Shown piece by piece: positions 9,572 through 20,676 of a stretch of 64,000 bases of DNA. This DNA is from Gemmatimonadota bacterium (GTDB lineage Bacteria > Gemmatimonadota > Gemmatimonadetes > Palauibacterales > Palauibacteraceae). The notes beneath the pieces are model-generated. The model ran no database searches and was not told the DNA's origin. It saw only the letters and a list, made by a program, of their open reading frames with translations. The position numbers and the translations under genes are program-made. Within the stretch, counting starts at the first letter, position 1. Each line of letters begins with the position of its first letter. The DNA is taken from contig OZ220691.1 in the NCBI GenBank assembly GCA_965116475.1, forward strand, positions 2,848,001 to 2,912,000, written 5' to 3'.

Positions 9572-11181
9572 GCGCGGCGACGGCGGTCTCCCGGATCGCG
9601 GTCTCCGGGATCGGCGTGCGCGGTGTCCCCCGAGCCGGAGGGTTTCTTCTTCTCGCGGCAGTTCTCACGGCGGCGGGCGCGTGTTCGTTCGCGCCGGGGC
9701 CCCGGCTCCCGGCCACCGTGGCCGAACTGCCCGCGGCGTACGATGCGGAGGCTCCCCCGGCCGAGGCGGCGCACGAGCCCCGCGACTGGTGGCGCGCGTT
9801 CGAGGACGCGACGCTGGACCGCCTGATCGAGACGGCGCTCGTCGCCAACCTCGACCTGCACGAAGCCGTCGCGCGGCTCGAGGAATTGCGGCACCGGTAC
9901 CGGATCGCGCGGGCGCCGCTCTTCCCGGCGCTGACGCTCGACGCGAACGGCAACCGGTCCAGCACCCCCGCCAACACCGGCCTGGGGTCGCAGTTCGGGG
10001 GCGACGGGGATGACGGCGGCGACAGCCCGATCCCGGGGCTCAGCTTCGACTTCCCCGACCGGTTCGAGTTCACGACCTACTCGGCCTCGCTCGGCTTCGG
10101 CTACGAACTCGATTTCTGGGGCCGGCTGCGCAACGAATCCGGGGCGGCGGTACGCGACTTCCTGGCCTCCCGGGCCGATGCGGAGACCGTGCGGCTCACG
10201 GTCATCGCGTCCACCATCTCGACGTATCTCGAAGTCGTCTCCGCGCGAGGGCAGCTCGCCATCGCCGAGGACAACGTCGATCTGCTGCGGGAGCGCGCGG
10301 AACTCACTCGGGAGCGCTACCAGGCCGGCGTCACGAACACCTTCGAACTCTATGCGATCCGGCAGCAGTACCGGACCGCCGAGTCGAACCTGCCGGGGCT
10401 GCGCACGGCCGTGGACGACGCGGAAGGGCGCCTGGCCCTCCTCGTGGGACGGTACGCGGGGATGATCGAGGACCTTCTGCCGCCCCAACTCGCGCCGGCG
10501 GTCGATGCGACGCCGATTCCCGGCGGACTGCCGGTGTCGCTGCTCGAGGACCGGCCCGACGTCATGGCCGCGTTCGAGCGCGTCGAGGCGGCGCGCCGCC
10601 GGGTCGGGGCCCGCCGGGCCGAGCTGCTCCCCACGATCTCTCTGAACGGGGCCGCGGGACGCCAGGCGGGCGAACTCGGAGACCTGCGGTTCGTCGACCA
10701 GTGGTTCACGAACCTGATCGGCGGCCTCGTGGCGCCGATCTTCCAGGGCGGCCGCCTGCGCGCCAACGTCGGGGCGGCCTGGGCGCAGTACGACCAGGCG
10801 TTGATCGCGTACGCGCGCACGGTGCTGGCCGCCTACCGGGAGGTGCGGACGAGCCTGCGGCAGTTCGAGAACGAGCGGGAGCGGTACGCGCAGGTCATGG
10901 AACAGGTCGCCGACGCCCGCGCCTCGCTGGAGAACCAGTTAGAGCGCTACCAGAGCGGGGTGGGGGACTACGTCGAGTACCTGGACGCGAGGGTGAACCT
11001 GAACGGCGCCGAAACCACCCGGGTGCTCGCCGAACGCGGCATCGGAGAGGCGCGGCTCGCCGTGCACCGGGCCCTGGGCGGCGCGTGGGTGGCGGAGGAC
11101 GTCGAGGACACGGCGGACGCCGACATGAGTGACACGAATGAAGACCCGGGGGCGGCGGCGTCGCTCCCCGATCGGAGATAG
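9568..11181 (+). CDS. Efflux outer-membrane factor lipoprotein (TolC/OprM/NodT family)
   Basis: Lipobox AAGAC; DWWRAFEDATLDRLIE, YELDFWGRLR, LLEDRPDV, PIFQGGRLRA; GTGA overlap with tetR. Confidence 0.88.
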   Translation: MSAATAVSRIAVSGIGVRGVPRAGGFLLLAAVLTAAGACSFAPGPRLPATVAELPAAYDAEAPPAEAAHEPRDWWRAFEDATLDRLIETALVANLDLHEAVARLEELRHRYRIARAPLFPALTLDANGNRSSTPANTGLGSQFGGDGDDGGDSPIPGLSFDFPDRFEFTTYSASLGFGYELDFWGRLRNESGAAVRDFLASRADAETVRLTVIASTISTYLEVVSARGQLAIAEDNVDLLRERAELTRERYQAGVTNTFELYAIRQQYRTAESNLPGLRTAVDDAEGRLALLVGRYAGMIEDLLPPQLAPAVDATPIPGGLPVSLLEDRPDVMAAFERVEAARRRVGARRAELLPTISLNGAAGRQAGELGDLRFVDQWFTNLIGGLVAPIFQGGRLRANVGAAWAQYDQALIAYARTVLAAYREVRTSLRQFENERERYAQVMEQVADARASLENQLERYQSGVGDYVEYLDARVNLNGAETTRVLAERGIGEARLAVHRALGGAWVAEDVEDTADADMSDTNEDPGAAASLPDRR

Positions 11182-11190
11182 GGCGGAACG

Positions 11191-12516
11191 ATGGAAGACG
11201 GAACGCGGCACACGCCGCACGAGGCCGGAGACACCGGAGACACCGGAGACACCGGGGCGCCCGTCGCCCCGCCCGCGTTCATGAAGCGGCTGGTACAGGG
11301 GGCGATCGTCATCGGCGTGGGCGTGTTCGGCTTCGCGCTGCTGTTCGGCATGCGCGCCGAACCGGCGGAAGTGGAGCCGCCGCGCCTGATCCCCACGGTC
11401 AGCACGGTGCCCGCCCGCGTGACGCAGGGCGCGATCAAGGTGCGAGGCGGCGGCACGGTTCGCCCCAGCGCGGAGGTCACGATCGCGTCGCAGGTCGGCG
11501 GGCGCGTGATCTGGACCGCGCCCGCCCTCGTGAGCGGCGGGCGCTTCGCCGAGAACGAACCGCTCCTGCGGGTGGACCCGGCCGACTACGAGAACGCGGT
11601 CGAGGCCGCGGAGGCGGACGTGGCCCAGCGCGAGGTGGCATTGCTGGAAGCCGAGGAGAACGCGCGGCTGGCGCTCGACGAATGGCGGCGGCTCGCGGCC
11701 CGCGAGAACCTCGACCCGACGCCGCCGAACGCCCTCGTCACCCGGCAGCCGCAGCTCGATGCGGCCGCGGCGGCCCTCAGGAGCGCCAGGGCCAGGCTGG
11801 AAGACGCGCGGCTGGCGCTGGAACGGACCTGGATCCGGGCTCCGTTCAACGGGATCGTGCGCGAGGAGACGGTCGATCCCGGGCAGTTCGTCGCGGCCGG
11901 CCAGGCCGTCGGCCGCCTGTACGCGACGGACGCGGTGGAGATCGTCGTGCCGCTGAGCGACAACGAGGCGGCGCTGATCGAACGCCTGTGGAGCGCGCGC
12001 GCGGGCGACGCGGCGACCCGCATCCCGGTCGACATCGTGTCCGAGTACGGCGGCGTCGAGTACGCGTGGTCGGGATACGTGGACCGGGCGGAGGCGGCGC
12101 TCGACGAGCAGACGCGGACGGTCGACGTGGTCGTCACCGTCCCCGAGCCGTTCACTCCCCCGGAGGGCGATCCCCGCCGCCCGCCGCTCCTGCTCGGCAG
12201 CTACGCCACGGTGGACATCGAGGGCACGAGCTTCGAGGAATACGTTGTCGTCCCGGCCGCCGCCGTCCGCGACGGCGATGTCCTCTGGACGGTGGCGGAC
12301 GACACCCTGCTGGTCATGACCCCGGTCGAGCCGATCCAGGAAGTGGACGATGAAGCCGTGGTGCTCGGATCGATCCCGGACGGCACTCCGGTCATCGTTT
12401 CGATGCTCCTCTTCGTCACCGACGGCATGACGGTGCGGCCGGTACAGTTGCTGGAGAGCGCCGAACCGTGGGAGCGGGGCGCCAACGGCGACGGGCGGGA
12501 AGGAGACGGCTCATGA
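11191..12516 (+). CDS. RND periplasmic adaptor (membrane fusion protein)
   Basis: N-terminal TM; IASQVGGRV, helical hairpin, TWIRAPFNGIV. Confidence 0.88.
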   Translation: MEDGTRHTPHEAGDTGDTGDTGAPVAPPAFMKRLVQGAIVIGVGVFGFALLFGMRAEPAEVEPPRLIPTVSTVPARVTQGAIKVRGGGTVRPSAEVTIASQVGGRVIWTAPALVSGGRFAENEPLLRVDPADYENAVEAAEADVAQREVALLEAEENARLALDEWRRLAARENLDPTPPNALVTRQPQLDAAAAALRSARARLEDARLALERTWIRAPFNGIVREETVDPGQFVAAGQAVGRLYATDAVEIVVPLSDNEAALIERLWSARAGDAATRIPVDIVSEYGGVEYAWSGYVDRAEAALDEQTRTVDVVVTVPEPFTPPEGDPRRPPLLLGSYATVDIEGTSFEEYVVVPAAAVRDGDVLWTVADDTLLVMTPVEPIQEVDDEAVVLGSIPDGTPVIVSMLLFVTDGMTVRPVQLLESAEPWERGANGDGREGDGS

Positions 12517-15500
12517 GGCGGGCGATCGGGTGGATGGCCAAGCACGGCGTCGCCGCCAACCTGCTCATGGTGCTGATCATCCTGGCGGGATTCGTGAGCC
12601 TCATCGGTCTGCCCCAGGAGACGTTTCCGGAGATCTCCCTCGACACGATTCAGGTACAGGTCCAGTACCCCGGGGCGTCGCCCGACGAGGTCGAGCAGGC
12701 GATCGTGCGGCGGGTCGAGGAGCGGATCACCGGCATCCAGGGCGTCGATCGCGTGACGAGCGCCGCTTCGGAGGGCGTCGGCATCGTGCTCGCCGAACTG
12801 TCGCTGGGCACGGACGAGTCGAAGACGCTGGACGAGATCAAGTCCGCCATCGACCGGATCACGAGCTTCCCGGTCGACGCGGAGGAGCCGGAGGTGGTCG
12901 CGCTGGCCGCGCAAGGCCGCGTGATGGAGATCGCGATCTTCGGCGATGTCCCCGAGCGGACGCTCAAGGAGATCGCGAACCGGGTCAAGGACGACCTCAC
13001 CTCGCTGCCGGCGATCTCGCTCGTCCGCGTCTCCGGCGTCCGGCAGTACGAGATCTCGATCGAAGTGTCGAAGGCGGCCCTGCGCGCGCACGGCCTCACG
13101 CTGGACGAGGTGGCCGCGGCGGTCCGGCGCGGCAGCCTCGACCTTCCCGGTGGGAGCGTCGAGACGGATCGCGAGGAGATTCTCGTTCACATCCGGGGAC
13201 AGAACTACACGCGGGCGGACTTCGCGGACGTGATCGTGCGGGCCAACGTCGACGGGTCGATGCTCCGCCTCTCGGACGTCGCGGACATCCAGGACGGCTT
13301 CGAGCACGTCGACCTCATCAATGCCTACAACGGGCAGCCGACGGCCTTCGTCCAGGTGCTGCGGACGGGAGACGAGCGCGTCCTGGAGATCTCCGACGAG
13401 GTCGAACGCTACCTGGAAGGGGAGTTGGCCATCTCTCTCCCGCGGGGCGTCGACTACAGCATCTGGCGCTCCGAAGCCTCGTACCTGCAGAGCCGCATCG
13501 ACCTCCTCATCAAGAACGGCCGGCTGGGTCTCATCCTGGTGCTCATCGCGCTGGCCCTCTTCCTCGACCTGCGCCTCGCGTTCTGGACCGCGGTCGGGAT
13601 CTTCCTCTCCTTCGCCGGCGTGTTCGCGGTGATGGCGTGGGCCGGCATCTCGATCAACATGATGGCGCTGTTCGGCTTCATCCTCGCGATCGGGATCGTG
13701 GTGGACGACGCCATCGTGGTGGGGGAGAACATCTTCGCCGAACGGGAGAGGGGAACGGCCGCGCTGCGGGCGGCGATCAAGGGCACGAGACGCGTCTCCG
13801 TGCCCGTGATCTTCGCCGTGCTCACGACCGTGGCGGCGTTCACGCCGCTCCTCTTCGTGCCAGGCAGTCTCGGGAAGTTCCTCTACGTGATCCCCGCGAT
13901 CGTGATCTCCGTGCTGCTGCTCTCGCTCGTCGAGGTCCTGTTCATCCTCCCCTACCACCTCTCGCACCTCCCGGCCCCGGGCGCGAGCCGCGGGAAGGGA
14001 GGCTGGCTGGGGCCCGTCTACCGTCTGCAGGAGATCGTCCAGACGAACCTGCAGCGCTTCATCGACGGGCCGCTGGAGCGCTCCGTGCGCTTCGCCGTGC
14101 GGCGCCCGGGCCTGACCGTGCTCGGGGCCGTTTCCTCCCTGATGATCGTGGGGGGGCTGGTGGCGGGACGGCATCTCCGGTTCAGCCTGCTGCCCGTGAT
14201 CGAGGGCGAGGAGGTCGTCGCCTACATCGAGATGGCCGACGGCACGACCAGCGAGCGCACCGCGGAAGTCGCCAGCTACGTGGAGGGGCAGGGATACGCG
14301 GCGATCGCGGAACTGGAAGCGCAGTTGCCGGATGACGAGCCGCCCCTGGTCGAGGCGGTCTTCACGAGCATCGGGCAGCGTCCCTCGCAGGCCGGAGGCC
14401 CCGGCATGAGCGCCGAGGCGAGCTTCGTGCGGTCGAACATCGCCGAGGTGAGCCTGCGGCTGACCGACCCGGAGATCCGGGATCTGCCGGCCACCGAGGT
14501 GGAACGGGCCTGGCGGGAGCTGGTCGGGCCGGTCGCCGGCGCACGGGAGCTCACGTTCAGTTCCATCCTCATCGATCTGGGGTCGCCGGTGCAGGTCGAG
14601 CTTTCCCACCCGGACACGGCGATGCTGAACGCGGCGGTGCCCGAGTTTACGGACCGCCTGGTGCGCATCGCGGGCGTGACGGAGGTCCGCGACGACCGGG
14701 GCCGGGGCAAGCGCGAGCTGGAGCTGGAACTCAAGCCCGCCGCCCGCACGCTCGGGATCACGCTCGACGACCTGGCGCGCCAGGTGCGCGGGGCGTTCTT
14801 CGGGAACGAGGTCTATCGCCTGCAGCGGGGCCGCGACGAAGTGCGCGTCTACGTCCGGCTCCCGGAATCGGAGCGCAACACGCTCGCCGACCTCCAGGAC
14901 TACCGGATCCGCACGCCGACGGGCGGCGAGGCGCCGCTGTCGGAGGTTGCGGACGTGTCCTTCGGCATCGCCTCATCGACGATCAACCGGATCGATGGAC
15001 GCCGCATCGTGACGGTCACGGCCGATGTGGACGCCGCCGTGATCACGGGACAGGAGGTCAACACGGAGATCACCTCGACCATCCTGCCGGAACTGCAGGC
15101 CCAGTTCCCGGGCCTCCGCTACGGGTTCGGCGGAGAGCAGCGGCAGCAGACGCTGGCGTTCGAGGGGATCGCCCGCGGTTTCCTCCTTGCCCTCCTCGCG
15201 ATCTACGCGCTCCTCGCCATTCCCTTCCGCTCGTACCTGCAGCCGCTGGTCGTCATGGCGTCGATCCCGCTGGGGCTCGTGGGCGCCGCGATCGGACACC
15301 TGATCATGGGGCTCGACCTCGGCATGCTCTCCATGTTCGGGCTCGTGGGCCTGTCGGGCGTGGTCGTGAACGACTCGCTGGTGCTGATCGATTTCATCAA
15401 CGAACGGCACCGAAGCGGGCTCCCGATGCCGGAGGCCATCGTGCAGGGGGCCAAGGTCCGCTTCCGCCCCATCATGCTGACCTCCGTGACGACCTTCCTC

Positions 15501-15722
15501 GGGGTGTCGCCGATCATCCTCGAGCGCAGCACGCAGGCGCAGTTCCTCTCGCCCATGGCGGTGAGTCTCGGGTTCGGGATCCTGTTCGCCACCTTCATCA
15601 TCATGCTCGCCGTGCCGGCCCTGGCGATGATGAACTACACGTTCACCGTGCGGGCGCAGCGGGTCTTCGCACGCTGGCGGCGGAAGCCGGAACTGGGCCT
15701 GGCGGGAGGGCTCGAGCGCTGA
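12513..15722 (+). CDS. RND efflux permease (AcrB/AcrD/AcrF family)
   Basis: About 1070 aa; [14 protein letters not shown] and [12 protein letters not shown] proton-relay motifs; ATGA overlap. Confidence 0.93.
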   Translation: MRRAIGWMAKHGVAANLLMVLIILAGFVSLIGLPQETFPEISLDTIQVQVQYPGASPDEVEQAIVRRVEERITGIQGVDRVTSAASEGVGIVLAELSLGTDESKTLDEIKSAIDRITSFPVDAEEPEVVALAAQGRVMEIAIFGDVPERTLKEIANRVKDDLTSLPAISLVRVSGVRQYEISIEVSKAALRAHGLTLDEVAAAVRRGSLDLPGGSVETDREEILVHIRGQNYTRADFADVIVRANVDGSMLRLSDVADIQDGFEHVDLINAYNGQPTAFVQVLRTGDERVLEISDEVERYLEGELAISLPRGVDYSIWRSEASYLQSRIDLLIKNGRLGLILVLIALALFLDLRLAFWTAVGIFLSFAGVFAVMAWAGISINMMALFGFILAIGIVVDDAIVVGENIFAERERGTAALRAAIKGTRRVSVPVIFAVLTTVAAFTPLLFVPGSLGKFLYVIPAIVISVLLLSLVEVLFILPYHLSHLPAPGASRGKGGWLGPVYRLQEIVQTNLQRFIDGPLERSVRFAVRRPGLTVLGAVSSLMIVGGLVAGRHLRFSLLPVIEGEEVVAYIEMADGTTSERTAEVASYVEGQGYAAIAELEAQLPDDEPPLVEAVFTSIGQRPSQAGGPGMSAEASFVRSNIAEVSLRLTDPEIRDLPATEVERAWRELVGPVAGARELTFSSILIDLGSPVQVELSHPDTAMLNAAVPEFTDRLVRIAGVTEVRDDRGRGKRELELELKPAARTLGITLDDLARQVRGAFFGNEVYRLQRGRDEVRVYVRLPESERNTLADLQDYRIRTPTGGEAPLSEVADVSFGIASSTINRIDGRRIVTVTADVDAAVITGQEVNTEITSTILPELQAQFPGLRYGFGGEQRQQTLAFEGIARGFLLALLAIYALLAIPFRSYLQPLVVMASIPLGLVGAAIGHLIMGLDLGMLSMFGLVGLSGVVVNDSLVLIDFINERHRSGLPMPEAIVQGAKVRFRPIMLTSVTTFLGVSPIILERSTQAQFLSPMAVSLGFGILFATFIIMLAVPALAMMNYTFTVRAQRVFARWRRKPELGLAGGLER

Positions 15723-16627
15723 ACGACCGCTCGGGCGCCTGGCTGGCGTCGCTCGAGTCCGAAGCCATCGAAATCCTTCGCGAGGGCCTCGCGGAGGCTT
15801 CGCGGCCCGTGATGCTGTATTCGATCGGGAAGGACTCCTCGGTGCTCCTGCACCTGGCCCGGAAGGCGTTCTGGCCGGCGACGCCGCCGTTCCCGCTGCT
15901 CCATATCGACACCACGTGGAAGTTCCGGGAGATGATCGCGTTCCGGGACCGGACGGCGGCCGAAGCGGGCGTGGAACTTCGGGTTCACACGAACGAGGAC
16001 GGGTTGCGCGAGGGCGTCAATCCGTTCGATCACGGATCGGAACGCTACACCGATGTCATGAAGACGGCGGCGTTGCGGCAGGCGCTCGACGAGGGCGGGT
16101 ACGACATCATCTTCGTCGGCGCCCGGCGCGACGAGGAGAAGTCGCGCGCCAAGGAGCGCGTGTTCTCGCTGCGCAACGCGGCTCACCAATGGGATCCGAA
16201 GGCCCAGCGCCCGGAGCCGTGGAACCTCTACAACACCCGCCTGGCACCCGGCGAGTCCCTGCGCGTCTCCCCGCTCTCAAACTGGACCGAGGCGGACGTC
16301 TGGCGGTACATCCGCACAGAGGAGATCCCGATCGTCCCGCTCTACTACGCCGCAGAACGCCCCGTCGTCGAGCGGGATGGACGGTGGATCATGGTCGACG
16401 ATGACCGGATGTCGCTCCTCCAGGGCGAGGCGCCGCAGCAACGGCGCATCCGCTTCCGGACGCTGGGCTGCTACCCGCTGACGGCCGCGGTCGAGAGCGA
16501 CGCGGATACGCTCGATGCCGTCATCGCCGAGACGCTCGGCACGGACCGCTCCGAACGCGAGGGGCGCCTCATCGACCATGACCGCGACGGTTCGATGGAA
16601 CTCAAGAAGCGCCAGGGCTACTTCTGA
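15719..16627 (+). CDS. cysD: Sulfate adenylyltransferase subunit 2 (probable CTG start; first conventional start at 15809)
   Basis: [58 protein letters not shown]; conserved [11 protein letters not shown] helix lies upstream of 15809. Confidence 0.92.
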   Translation: MNDRSGAWLASLESEAIEILREGLAEASRPVMLYSIGKDSSVLLHLARKAFWPATPPFPLLHIDTTWKFREMIAFRDRTAAEAGVELRVHTNEDGLREGVNPFDHGSERYTDVMKTAALRQALDEGGYDIIFVGARRDEEKSRAKERVFSLRNAAHQWDPKAQRPEPWNLYNTRLAPGESLRVSPLSNWTEADVWRYIRTEEIPIVPLYYAAERPVVERDGRWIMVDDDRMSLLQGEAPQQRRIRFRTLGCYPLTAAVESDADTLDAVIAETLGTDRSEREGRLIDHDRDGSMELKKRQGYF

Positions 16628-18507
16628 TGCCGCCGGAGATGTCGCCGGGGATGCCACCGACCCTGCGCCTCGTGCTCTGCGGCAGCGTCGACGACGGCAA
16701 GAGCACGGTCATCGGCCGGCTTCTGCATGACTGCCGCCAGGTCTTCTCCGACGAACTGAGGCGCGTCGAGCGGGACTCGGTCCGCCACGGCACGCAGGGG
16801 CAGGCGACCGACTTCGCCCTGCTCGTCGACGGACTGCGGGACGAGCGCGAACAGGGCATCACGATCGATGTCGCCTACCGGAGCTTCGAGACGCCGCGCC
16901 GCCGGTTCATCGTGGCCGACGCGCCCGGCCACGAGCAGTACACGCGCAACATGGCGACGGGCGCCTCGACCGCCGATCTGGCCGTCGTCCTGGTGGACGC
17001 GCGCAGGGGAGTGCTGCCCCAGACGGCGAGGCACACGCGAATCGCGGCCATGTTCGGCGTCCGCCACGTCGTTCTCGCCGTGAACAAGATGGATCTCGTC
17101 GAATGGGACCGGGACATCTTCGATTCGGTCCGGGCCGCCTTCCGCGACATCGCCGACGACATCGCCGACGACATCGGTCTCGACGCGGTCGAGGCGATTC
17201 CGGTCTCGGCGCTGACCGGGGCCAACCTCACCCGAGACGGCAGGTCGGCGCCGTGGTACGACGGCCCGACGCTGCTCGCGCACCTCGAAACGGTGGATGT
17301 CGAGGGAGGGGCAGCCGACGAACCGTTTCGGATGCCGGTGCAGTACGTGAATCGGCCGCATGCCGACTTTCGGGGATACTGCGGGCGAGTGGCCGCCGGG
17401 GCGGTGGCGGTGGGCGACGCCGTCCGCATCTCGCCCGCCGGGACCGAGAGCCGCGTCGCGTCCATCCTCGTGGGGGACGACACCCGCGGCCGCGCTGCGC
17501 GGGGCGACTCGGTCACGTTGACCCTCGCTTCCGATGTCGACGTCACGCGGGGCGACGTCGTCGCGGAAGCCGACGCGCCCGTCGAGGTGGCGGACCAGTT
17601 CCAGGCGCGCCTCGTCTGGATGCACGACGAGCCCCTCGCCGTGGGCCGCCCCTACGTGATGAAGCTCCACTCGCGGGAGGTGGGCGTCGCCGTCACCCGG
17701 ATCCGGCACCGGCTGGACGTGTCCCACGGCAGCGAGTTGGCCGCCTCCGTGCTGCGGCTCAACGACCTCGGCACGGTGAACCTCGCGACGAACCGTCCCG
17801 TCCCCTTCGCGTCCTTCGATGAATCGCGCGCGCTGGGAGGTTTCATCCTGATCGATCGCGCCACGAACGCGACGGCGGCCGCCGGCACGATCCTCTTCCC
17901 GCTCATGCGGGCGGCGAACGTGAAATGGCAGCACCTGGACGTCTCGAAGGAGGTCCGCGCGCGGCTGAAGCTCCAGCGCGCCCGGTGCGTGTGGCTGACC
18001 GGGATGTCCGCCTCGGGCAAGTCGACGATCGCCAACCTGCTCGATCGCCGCCTGACCATCGAGGGGCGGCACACGTATCTCCTGGACGGGGACAACGTGC
18101 GCCACGGCCTGTGCCGGGATCTTGGCTTCACCGAGGCGGATCGGGTGGAGAACATCCGGCGGGTGGCGGAAGTCGCCCGCCTCATGGTCGATGCGGGGCT
18201 GATCGTCATCGTCGCCTTCATCAGCCCGTTCCGGTCGGAACGCGATTACGCCCGCAGCCTGTTCGAGCCCGGCGACTTCATGGAGGTCTTCGTGGACGCG
18301 TCGCTCGAGGCGTGCGCGGAGCGCGACCCGAAGGGACTCTATGCCAAGGCGCTCAGAGGAGAGATCAGGAACTTCACGGGAGTCGACAGTCCCTACGAAC
18401 CGCCTGAACGCCCCGACCTGCGTCTGGACACGGAGAGACTCTCTCCGGAAGAATGCGTGGACCTGCTGGACCGCGAATTACGGAATTCCGTGACGGAGGA
18501 TCGCTGA
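16627..18507 (+). CDS. cysNC: Bifunctional sulfate adenylyltransferase subunit 1 / adenylyl-sulfate kinase (NodQ-like)
   Basis: GSVDDGKST, EREQGITIDVAY, DAPGHEQYTRNM, NKMD; APS-kinase WLTGMSASGKST, LDGDNVRHGL, RDPKGLY. Confidence 0.95.
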   Translation: MPPEMSPGMPPTLRLVLCGSVDDGKSTVIGRLLHDCRQVFSDELRRVERDSVRHGTQGQATDFALLVDGLRDEREQGITIDVAYRSFETPRRRFIVADAPGHEQYTRNMATGASTADLAVVLVDARRGVLPQTARHTRIAAMFGVRHVVLAVNKMDLVEWDRDIFDSVRAAFRDIADDIADDIGLDAVEAIPVSALTGANLTRDGRSAPWYDGPTLLAHLETVDVEGGAADEPFRMPVQYVNRPHADFRGYCGRVAAGAVAVGDAVRISPAGTESRVASILVGDDTRGRAARGDSVTLTLASDVDVTRGDVVAEADAPVEVADQFQARLVWMHDEPLAVGRPYVMKLHSREVGVAVTRIRHRLDVSHGSELAASVLRLNDLGTVNLATNRPVPFASFDESRALGGFILIDRATNATAAAGTILFPLMRAANVKWQHLDVSKEVRARLKLQRARCVWLTGMSASGKSTIANLLDRRLTIEGRHTYLLDGDNVRHGLCRDLGFTEADRVENIRRVAEVARLMVDAGLIVIVAFISPFRSERDYARSLFEPGDFMEVFVDASLEACAERDPKGLYAKALRGEIRNFTGVDSPYEPPERPDLRLDTERLSPEECVDLLDRELRNSVTEDR

Positions 18508-20282
18508 TGGCGAACGGACCCCTCTCGGACGTCGCGAAGCTGCGGTTCGCCGCCGACGAACATCCGCCGCGCGCGATGAGCCTCGTGATCGGCGCGCAAA
18601 CGGCGATCCTCGTCTGCCTGCCCCTGGTGGTGGTCACGACGATCGTCGCGCGCGTCGCGGACCAGAGCGCCGACTACCTCCGCTGGGCGATCTTCGCGAG
18701 CATGGTGATCGGCGGCCTTCTCACGATCGTCCAGGCGAAGCGCGTCGTCGGCTTCGGTGGCGGAACGCTGACCGTCATGGGTGCATCGGGGGCTTCGATC
18801 GGGGTCGGCGCGCTCGCGCTCGTCGCGGGCGGCCCCGCGCTGCTCGGGGTGCTCGTGCTCGCCGCGGGGCTGTGCCAACTTGCCCTGGCGGCCCGCCTGG
18901 CCCTGCTCCGGCGCATCATCACGCCGGTCGTGTCGGGCACGCTGACGGCGCTCGTGGCGGTGACGATCATGCCGCTGGCGTTCGCCATGCTCACGCGCGT
19001 GCCGGAGAGCGCGCCGCCGGCCGCGGCCCCCACCGTGGCCGCGGTCACCATGCTTTGCGTCGTAGGCCTCATGCTCCGGGGGAAGCGGTGGGTGCGGGCG
19101 TGGAACGCCGTCATCGGGATCGCCGCGGGCTGCGTGACCGCCGCCATCTTCGGGATTATCGACTTCGGACGCGTGGCGGAAGCCCGCTGGATCGGGATCC
19201 CCACCGCCCCGGCGGCCGGCCTGGACCTCAGCTTCGACGCGAGTTTCTGGCTGCTCCTGCCCGGGTTCCTCTTCGTGTCGTTCGTGATCACGATCCGGCA
19301 GGTCAGCGACAACGTCCGCATGCAGCGCCTCTCCCGGCGCGAGCCGCGGGCGATCGACTTCCGCCGGGTCCAGGGATCCGTCGCCGCCTGCGGGGCGGGC
19401 ACGCTCCTGTCGGGCTTCGCGGGCGTTCTGCCGCCGTGGCCGTACGTTGCCGGGATCGCGATCGCGAGCGGCACCGGCGTCGCCGCCCGCAGCGTCGGCG
19501 TCGTCATCGGGGCCGGTTTCATCGCCCTCGCCTTCGTGCCGAAGCTCACGGCCGTCATCCTGTCGATCCCGGCGCCGGTGCTCGGCGCCTACATGATCGT
19601 GATCTTCGGCCTCATCTTCGTGCAGGGCATGCGGATCCTCTTCCAGGAAGGGGTCGACCGGCAGTATTCGCTGATCGCGGGCCTGGCGTTCTGGATCGGG
19701 GCGGGAATCCAGTTCCAGGCGATCTTCCCCGCCTACCTCTCCACCCCGATGGGCCGCATGCTCGCGAACGGCCTCACCGTGGGCGGGCTGTCCATCCTGC
19801 TGCTGAACCTGTTTCTGGATGTGACCGGACCGCGCCGCCACAGGCTCGAGATCGCGCTGCGCCCCGAGAACCTCCAGGAACTCGACACGTTCCTCCAGGA
19901 CTTCGCGGCCAGGTACAAGTGGAGCGGCAGGGCCACGGACCGCCTGCGGGCGGCCGCGGAAGAGGCGCTCCTGAGTCTCGTGCGCCAGGAAGAGGACGAG
20001 CACGCCCCCGCCCCCGGGGAGCGCCGGCTGCGCGTAGTGGCCCGGAACCTCCGTTTCGGCGCCGGACTGGAGTTCACCGCGGCGACGAACGAGGGGAACC
20101 TCGAGAACCAGATCGCCCTGCTCGGGGATCGCCCCGATCCGACGAGCGAGCGCGACCTGTCGCTGGCGCTGCTGCGGCATCACGCCTCGTCCGTCAAGCA
20201 CCACCAGTACCACAACGCCGACGTCCTGACCGTGCACGTGAACCGGGCCTGGTCCGCGAGCCGGGGGCGTGAGAGTGGTTGA
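18507..20282 (+). CDS. NCS2 (xanthine/uracil permease)-fold transporter with C-terminal degenerate HATPase/anti-sigma-like domain
   Basis: About 12-14 TMs; RRIITPVVSG, FVPKL...IPAPVLG NCS2 motifs; soluble ~140-aa tail; TGATG overlap with cysNC. Confidence 0.75.
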   Translation: MANGPLSDVAKLRFAADEHPPRAMSLVIGAQTAILVCLPLVVVTTIVARVADQSADYLRWAIFASMVIGGLLTIVQAKRVVGFGGGTLTVMGASGASIGVGALALVAGGPALLGVLVLAAGLCQLALAARLALLRRIITPVVSGTLTALVAVTIMPLAFAMLTRVPESAPPAAAPTVAAVTMLCVVGLMLRGKRWVRAWNAVIGIAAGCVTAAIFGIIDFGRVAEARWIGIPTAPAAGLDLSFDASFWLLLPGFLFVSFVITIRQVSDNVRMQRLSRREPRAIDFRRVQGSVAACGAGTLLSGFAGVLPPWPYVAGIAIASGTGVAARSVGVVIGAGFIALAFVPKLTAVILSIPAPVLGAYMIVIFGLIFVQGMRILFQEGVDRQYSLIAGLAFWIGAGIQFQAIFPAYLSTPMGRMLANGLTVGGLSILLLNLFLDVTGPRRHRLEIALRPENLQELDTFLQDFAARYKWSGRATDRLRAAAEEALLSLVRQEEDEHAPAPGERRLRVVARNLRFGAGLEFTAATNEGNLENQIALLGDRPDPTSERDLSLALLRHHASSVKHHQYHNADVLTVHVNRAWSASRGRESG

Positions 20283-20360
20283 CTAAGTTCACCCGCGAGC
20301 ATTCATTCTGTGGCAGGAGACCCACAACCCCCAGCAACCCATTCCACGAGGATGAAGCGG

Positions 20361-20636
20361 ATGAGCGAGCCACGCGAAGCCCCCGCCATGAGGAATCCGG
20401 TCGACTTCGCCATCGTCGGCGACAACATCATGGACATCGCCGATTTCGCGATCGAGAAGTACGAGTTCACGAGCGGCACGACGCTGTCCGACGAGGCGCG
20501 GGAAGAAGCGATCGAGCGGGTCCGGGATGCACTTTGGGAGATGGTGAAGGCATTCCGGAACCGGCGGAAGGAGTGGCGCAAGAAGCTGTTCGACGCCGCC
20601 GACGAGGCCGTGCGGACCTCCGTCAAAGGTTCCTGA
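20361..20636 (+). CDS. Small helical hypothetical protein
   Basis: GAGG RBS about 9 nt upstream; normal globular composition and codon usage; alternative start 20352. Confidence 0.6.
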   Translation: MSEPREAPAMRNPVDFAIVGDNIMDIADFAIEKYEFTSGTTLSDEAREEAIERVRDALWEMVKAFRNRRKEWRKKLFDAADEAVRTSVKGS

Positions 20637-20676
20637 TTCGCATGGCGTGACCGGCCGGCGACGGGAGTAGTTCAAC

